The notes beneath the pieces were generated by a model. The model saw only the letters and a list, made by a program, of their open reading frames with translations. It did not search any database and was not told where the DNA came from. From Candidatus Latescibacterota bacterium (GTDB lineage Bacteria > Latescibacterota > UBA2968 > UBA8231), in NCBI GenBank assembly GCA_964291625.2, contig OZ220089.1:96001-160000 (forward strand): 64,000 nucleotides of DNA, given 5' to 3'. The position numbers were made by a program, and so were the translations under genes. This document shows, in pieces, positions 58,827 to 64,000 of the stretch; the first letter of the stretch is position 1, and each line of letters begins with the position of its first letter.

Positions 58827-59615
58827 ATGCACCCCTTCGAGGACCTCCAGGTACCCCGGGACGGCATCGGTCTCCACTGGTTCGGCCAGAGCAGCTTCGG
58901 CCTGCGCCATCCCGACGGCAGCATCCTGCAGGCCGACCCGTACTTTCCCCGGCACCGCCCCGCCGAACGGTTCGTCCACGCCCGGCCGCCCCTGATGGAG
59001 GAGTCCCTGCGGACCGACTGGGTCCTGCTGACCCACGACCACGGGGACCACACCTGCATGGAGAGCATCGACCGCATCCGCGGCGCCTTCCCCGAGGTCC
59101 GCTTCGCCGGCCCCCCGGAGAGCTGCGAACGACTGGGCCGGGGAGGCGTCTCCCGCGACCGGATCACCGAGCTGACCGCCGGGGTCTCCGCCGACCTCGG
59201 GCCGTTCACGAGCCACGCTGTCTGGGCCAAGCCGCCCGGCGGCGATCCGGCCGCCGGTATCGACCCCCCCGACGTGCAGCACCTCGGCTACGTGGTCGAC
59301 GCCGGCGCCGTGCGGGTCTATCTCTCGGGAGATCCGATCAACAACTTCGCCGATCACGAGGATCTCCTGGCGCCGATCCGCAGTCTGGAGCCCCACGTCG
59401 GCCTGATGACCACCCACCCGACGGAGGGCGAGTTCCCATTCTTCGAGGGTTGCGCCCGGATCGCCGGCGCCCTGGGCCTGCGCACCGCGGTGCCCGCTCA
59501 CTACGGCTGCTTCGTGGCCCGCGACTACGATCCCCGGGAATGGGCCGGCCACCTGCCCGACGGCATCGACCCCTTGATCGTCCCCTACAACCAGAGTTGT
59601 GTCCTCAGCCTCTGA
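58827..59615 (+). CDS. Metallo-beta-lactamase-fold hydrolase (UlaG/lactonase-like)
   Basis: HWFGQSSF, DPY, THDHGDH, YLSGD, VPAHYGCF. Confidence 0.85.
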   Translation: MHPFEDLQVPRDGIGLHWFGQSSFGLRHPDGSILQADPYFPRHRPAERFVHARPPLMEESLRTDWVLLTHDHGDHTCMESIDRIRGAFPEVRFAGPPESCERLGRGGVSRDRITELTAGVSADLGPFTSHAVWAKPPGGDPAAGIDPPDVQHLGYVVDAGAVRVYLSGDPINNFADHEDLLAPIRSLEPHVGLMTTHPTEGEFPFFEGCARIAGALGLRTAVPAHYGCFVARDYDPREWAGHLPDGIDPLIVPYNQSCVLSL

Positions 59616-59654
59616 CCCTCGCGGCGAGGGCTCCCGGCGTGGCGACCGGACCGT

Positions 59655-60566
59655 CTAACCGCCGGCCGACCACAGCGCCCGCAGGCGGGGCAGCAGGATC
59701 TCCGTCTCCCGGTCGTGCGGCTCTCCCTGCCAGCGGTCGTTGATCTCGGGGCTGCTGCGCTCCCTCGAGGCCGCGAGCACCTCGGGCAGGTCCAGCTGGT
59801 GCCAGATGGCGGTGAGCAACCCGTCCTCCCCCAGGTGGATCTCGCGGAATCCCATGGGGAAGCCGATGAGGCAGGCCGTGTCGACGATCAGGAAGTCCCG
59901 GTACATGCGGATGCGGTTGATGTGCCGGTGGCCGGTGAAGACGGCGACCACGGCCGGCTGGTTCGAGACCGTCTCGATCAGCCGCTCCGCTTCCTTGACG
60001 AGGCCTTGATTCGGGTTTTCCGGCGGAGCGAAGCCGGGGAGCACCCACGGGTGGATCACCAGGATGACGGCGCAGCCGTCGGCCAGCGCCTGGCGGCCGG
60101 CCTCGGCCAGGGCGGCGTCCAGATCCTCCGTCCACTCGCCGGAGCCCACCTCCATGGGGTTCGCCTGGTAGATGTTGGCCAGGGCCAGCCGCAGACGCGG
60201 GGCCACGTCGACGACGTCGAGCAGCTCGGGGAGATGGATCTGCTCGGCCAGGGGAGCGAAGGTGCCGGTGCCGGCATCGCAGTCGTGGTTCCCCGGCACG
60301 CAGTAGAAGGGCGCCCGGAACCGCTCGAAGGCGGCGGCCACGTCGTCCACCGACTGCCGGTACAGCTCCCAGGGCAGCTCGAAGGCCGATCCGCCGCAGA
60401 GCAGATCGCCCCCGTGGACGATGAACTCCGGGGCCGAGGCGTTGATCTCGTCCACCATCGCCTCGAGGACGGCCCTCCCCTTCGTGAGCATCTTCGGCGG
60501 TCCGAAGTCCTTCTCGGCCCGCGGGTGGTAGTGGCTGTCGGTGACGAATACGAAACGAGCTGTCAT
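59655..60566 (-). CDS. Calcineurin-like metallophosphoesterase
   Basis: TDSH, GGDL, PGNHD, HP, GHRH. Confidence 0.88.
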   Translation of the reverse strand: MTARFVFVTDSHYHPRAEKDFGPPKMLTKGRAVLEAMVDEINASAPEFIVHGGDLLCGGSAFELPWELYRQSVDDVAAAFERFRAPFYCVPGNHDCDAGTGTFAPLAEQIHLPELLDVVDVAPRLRLALANIYQANPMEVGSGEWTEDLDAALAEAGRQALADGCAVILVIHPWVLPGFAPPENPNQGLVKEAERLIETVSNQPAVVAVFTGHRHINRIRMYRDFLIVDTACLIGFPMGFREIHLGEDGLLTAIWHQLDLPEVLAASRERSSPEINDRWQGEPHDRETEILLPRLRALWSAGG

Positions 60567-60639
60567 GCCCTCTCCTCATCGCGGTCCGGTCCCGGGCGCA
60601 TCTCCGCCCGGCGGCGTGCGCATCCTCCCCCCCGGGCGC

Positions 60640-61473
60640 TCACCACGGCCTGAACTCCGCCATGCGCCCGAAGCCCGCGAAGCCGGGCGCGCCCACGTAC
60701 TGCACCGCGGTCCGGCTCAGGCTGTCGGCGTGGGGGATGTGGATGTGGCCGCAGAAGGTGGCCACCAGGTTCTCCGCCCCGGCCAGGGTCTCGACGAAGG
60801 CCTCCGTCGCCTGGGGGTCCCACCACTCCACCTCGGGGTGCCACTCGGGATCGGCCATCAGGTTGTGGCCCACCGAGGCGATGGAGTCGTCGCGGAGGGT
60901 GGGCAGGCTGATGGGGATGTGGTAGAGCAGCACCGTGGGCAGCTGCTTGCCGAGGCATTCCCGGACGAAGGCGAGCTGCTCCTCGTCGACCCGGAAGGTG
61001 GAGTTGTCGACGCAGACGAACTCGATCCCTCCCACCTCCCGGCTGCAGTGCGACGGACTCCCCTTGTGCAGCGGCTCCAGGCGGTCCCACCAGGCCTCGC
61101 GCAGCAGGCCGTCCTCGTTCTCCACGCCCGGCAGGAGCCAGTCGTGGTTTCCGGAGGTGAAGAGCCAGGGGGTCTCGATCCCGCGGAGCACACCGGTCAC
61201 GAATTCGATGCTGGAGGGGGTGGGGAAATTGATGATGTCTCCCGTGAGGGAGATGAGATCGACGTCGCTGGCCGAGACCCGCTCGATGGTCTGGCGGAAG
61301 ATCACCTCCCTGGCGTGCCCCATGGTCGAGATGCGGTCCACACGGGCCGGGTTCGGCCCCTTCTCCTCCTCGGGGACGGCCACGTGGGCGTCGGTGCAGT
61401 GGTACATGGTCACCGTCTCCCGGATCCCTTCCAGGCGGATGCGGGCGGTGTCGTCAAGCCAGGTATGGGTCAC
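60640..61473 (-). CDS. Calcineurin-like metallophosphoesterase
   Basis: TDAH, TGDII, GNHD, HIP, GHIH; GTG start inferred. Confidence 0.88.
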   Translation of the reverse strand: MTHTWLDDTARIRLEGIRETVTMYHCTDAHVAVPEEEKGPNPARVDRISTMGHAREVIFRQTIERVSASDVDLISLTGDIINFPTPSSIEFVTGVLRGIETPWLFTSGNHDWLLPGVENEDGLLREAWWDRLEPLHKGSPSHCSREVGGIEFVCVDNSTFRVDEEQLAFVRECLGKQLPTVLLYHIPISLPTLRDDSIASVGHNLMADPEWHPEVEWWDPQATEAFVETLAGAENLVATFCGHIHIPHADSLSRTAVQYVGAPGFAGFGRMAEFRPW

Positions 61474-61570
61474 GCGCAAGGGTTCCTCCTGCTCTGAAGG
61501 CGGATTGAGGTGACGGCTCCCCGAGCCGGTGCTCCGCGGGTGGAGCGCTGCCACCGGGCGAGGTTCCCGG

Positions 61571-63217
61571 TCATCGGTCCTCCTGCACCACGCGGAGGAC
61601 CTGGTCGGCGGCCACGCCGGGGATGCGCTGCGTCGAGCCATCGGGCCAGCGGACCTCCACGTCGGCCCGGGTGGCCCGGTCCAGCCCGAAGTGGAGACGC
61701 GGATCGTGGCTGGAGAGGTAGCTGCTTCCCGACTGCCGTTCCTTGACCTGACGCCGTCCGTCCGCCGTCACCGTCACCCGGGCGCCCAGGGCATCGGGAT
61801 GGCGCGCTCCGACGAGCTGGACGAAGAGCCAGCGGCGCCGGTTGCCGCCGTCGTTTCTCAGCAGCCGGGCCGAGGCGGCCACCGTCGTCACGAGGAGGTC
61901 CAGGTCGCCGTCGTTGTCGTAGTCGCCCACGGCCGTGCCGCGCCCGACATCCGGCTCGATGAACTGCGGCCCCAGCTCCGCCGAGACATCGGTGAAGCGG
62001 ACGCCGCCGTCGTTGCGGAACATCTGGTTCGGCTGGCGGTACCTCTGGGCCGGGTCGGCCTCCTGGACCCGGTGGACGACGTGGCCGTTGGCGACGAACA
62101 GGTCGAGATCGGCGTCGTTGTCGCAGTCGATGAACTTCATGCCGAACCCCAGTGGGAGCTTCGACGGCCCGTCCAGTCCGACCTCATCGGAGACGATGCC
62201 GAAGCGGCCCTGGCCCTCGTTCCGATACAAGGTGTTCGTCTCGCCGGCGAAGTTGGTGATGAAGAGATCCTGGTCGCCGTCGTTGTCGTAGTCCCCGAAG
62301 TCGACACCCATGCCGGCTTCGGGGTGGCCGAACTCGTTGTAGCGAGTGCCGCTGGTCAGTCCGACCTCGGCGAAGGTGCCGCGGCGGTTGTCGTAGAGGA
62401 AGTTCATGGTGCCGTCGTTGGCCACGTAGATGTCGGTGTCCCCATCCAGATCGTAGTCGGAGAAGGCGACTCCCAGGCCGCGGCCCTCCAGGGTGATGCC
62501 GACGGCGCGGGTCACGTCGGTGAAGCGGTCGCCGTCGTTGCGGTAGAGAATATCGTCGATCGGCTCGTAGACCGCGGGCTCGCAGTAGGAGCGATGGCCC
62601 GCGCCGTCGCCGCAAGGGACGTTGATCTCCAGGGTGAAGTGGACGTAGTTGGGGACGAAGAGGTCGATGTCCCCGTCCAGGTCGTAGTCGAGGAAGCCGG
62701 GGCTGCTGGCCCAGCGCGGGTCCCCCAGGCGGGCCTCGTCGGTGACGTCGGCGAAACGGCCGCCTCCCTCGTTCCGGAGCAGGACATTGGGCCCGAAGTT
62801 GGCCACGAACAGGTCCTGGTCGCCGTCGCCGTCGTAGTCGGCAGCCGCCACTCCCTGTCCGTACCCCGGATCGCCGGCGCCCGAGGCGGCGGTCACGTCC
62901 GAGAAGGTGCCGTCGCGCCGGTTGCGGAAGAGCCGGTTCACCGGTGGCTCTTCGGGAGGCCTGCCGGTCAGGTCGGTGCCGTTGACCAGGTAGATGTCCT
63001 GCCAGCCGTCGCCGTCGGCGTCGAAGAAGGCGGCGCCGGAGCCGTAGGTCTCCGGGTAGTAGAACTCCCCGGAGAAGCCGTTGTAATGGACGAAGTCGAG
63101 CCCGGAGGCGTCAGCGACATCCGGGAACCTGGGGAACCCCCCCGGGCCCTGCGACGGATCGCCGCAGGCCAGGGTACCCAGCACCGCGAGCAGGGCCGGG
63201 AGGGGAATCCGCGACAT
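61571..63217 (-). CDS. CRTAC1 / ASPIC-UnbV family lipoprotein with FG-GAP/VCBS repeats
   Basis: Lipobox LAC; repeated DYDxDGDxD; C-terminal GSSYLS..RLHFGL..VRWPDG. Confidence 0.9.
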   Translation of the reverse strand: MSRIPLPALLAVLGTLACGDPSQGPGGFPRFPDVADASGLDFVHYNGFSGEFYYPETYGSGAAFFDADGDGWQDIYLVNGTDLTGRPPEEPPVNRLFRNRRDGTFSDVTAASGAGDPGYGQGVAAADYDGDGDQDLFVANFGPNVLLRNEGGGRFADVTDEARLGDPRWASSPGFLDYDLDGDIDLFVPNYVHFTLEINVPCGDGAGHRSYCEPAVYEPIDDILYRNDGDRFTDVTRAVGITLEGRGLGVAFSDYDLDGDTDIYVANDGTMNFLYDNRRGTFAEVGLTSGTRYNEFGHPEAGMGVDFGDYDNDGDQDLFITNFAGETNTLYRNEGQGRFGIVSDEVGLDGPSKLPLGFGMKFIDCDNDADLDLFVANGHVVHRVQEADPAQRYRQPNQMFRNDGGVRFTDVSAELGPQFIEPDVGRGTAVGDYDNDGDLDLLVTTVAASARLLRNDGGNRRRWLFVQLVGARHPDALGARVTVTADGRRQVKERQSGSSYLSSHDPRLHFGLDRATRADVEVRWPDGSTQRIPGVAADQVLRVVQEDR

Positions 63218-63240
63218 GGAAGCCGGAACGGTGCGCCGCC

Positions 63241-64000
63241 CTACCGGAGGGGCGACAGCAGCGTCACCACCAGCAGGGCCAAGCCGATCCAGCCCAGCAG
63301 GGCCTGGAGATTTGCGAGGAAGCGGAGCGCGCCGGTGGGGCGCCAGGATGTCTGGCCGGCGCGCACGAAGGTCTGCAGGCTGAAGAAGAGGCAGTCCAGG
63401 AGGGAGGCCCTCGCGCCGCCGGTGACCGGCACCAGTCCGCCGCGTCCGAGGCGGTACAGGAGGCCGAAGAGGAGGACGGCGGAGGCCGCGGCGCCGGCGA
63501 AGCGGCCGGGGTCGGTGCCGTAGCGAGTGCTCCGGCCGAACAGCTCCAGGCCCCAGCGGGCCGGGTCGGTCCAGCCGAGATGCCGGCGGCGCAGGTCCAT
63601 CCACTCGACGTGGCAGGCCTCGGCGTCGCGCAACCGGCCCTGGCGGCGCAACTGGGCCCCCAGGTCGGCGTAGACCGGCTCGAGGTCGTCGATCGACTCC
63701 GGGTCGGCCGCTGCCAGCCGCCCGCGCAACTCGGGCCAGCGAAAGCGCAACTCATCCCAGCGCGCCTCCTCCAGGTAGAGGGTGGCGCTGTCGCCGAAGG
63801 TGACCTGGGCTGAATCCGGCGCCAGAAGGGTGATCGTCGAGCTTCGGACCCGGCGCAGGTCCAGCCTCTTCTGGATCCTCCCGGCGAGGTTCAGCTCCCC
63901 GGAGAAGGTGCCGCCGCGGAAGTCCGCGTCCTTGCGGAAGTAGGCGCCAGCGAAGCCGATCTCCTCAAGAGCCCTGACGCCTGAGAAGCCCGCGGGATCG
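63241..64000 (-). CDS. Pentapeptide-repeat protein with C-terminal two-TM ion-channel-like domain (5' end outside the window)
   Basis: Frame stays open to the edge: GFAGAYFRKDADFRGGTFSG..; C-terminal YG.DP.R, TM helix, FFSLQTF pore helix, TM helix. Confidence 0.7.
   Translation of the reverse strand, partial: DPAGFSGVRALEEIGFAGAYFRKDADFRGGTFSGELNLAGRIQKRLDLRRVRSSTITLLAPDSAQVTFGDSATLYLEEARWDELRFRWPELRGRLAAADPESIDDLEPVYADLGAQLRRQGRLRDAEACHVEWMDLRRRHLGWTDPARWGLELFGRSTRYGTDPGRFAGAAASAVLLFGLLYRLGRGGLVPVTGGARASLLDCLFFSLQTFVRAGQTSWRPTGALRFLANLQALLGWIGLALLVVTLLSPLR

Overview
High-GC bacterial chromosome segment, gene-dense and mostly core or catabolic. A SprA homologue, LptF/LptG and a CRTAC1-type protein suggest a diderm of the FCB group, possibly Latescibacterota-like (inference only). 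In order: a sprA-comEA-pilM-like-coaD-obgE run; lptFG; a PAS/HEAT gene pair; a 6xLysM amidase; oxidoreductases; an ATP-grasp-larE-def run; tRNA-Asp; a split feoB with two DtxR-family regulators; a bacterial microcompartment (BMC) operon directly behind ispH (28.3-36.0 kb); queC/queF; a long ilvC-leuACDB-cimA-argJ-aminotransferase-accA run with a candidate Leu/Ile leader peptide; and sugar-catabolic and hydrolase genes. The most striking feature is the BMC locus. Its apparent signature enzyme is a DHDPS/NAL-family class I aldolase. Its shell includes a single polypeptide with four tandem BMC domains, translationally coupled to a two-domain partner (4+2 = one hexameric tile). It also has four pentamer paralogues, a Cys-rich cargo protein and a 30-codon internally deleted BMC-H copy. 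Two single-base frameshifts (about 18238 and 39188) may be assembly errors. No CRISPR array, rRNA, transposase or integrase was seen. All family assignments come from motif recognition by eye, not database searches.
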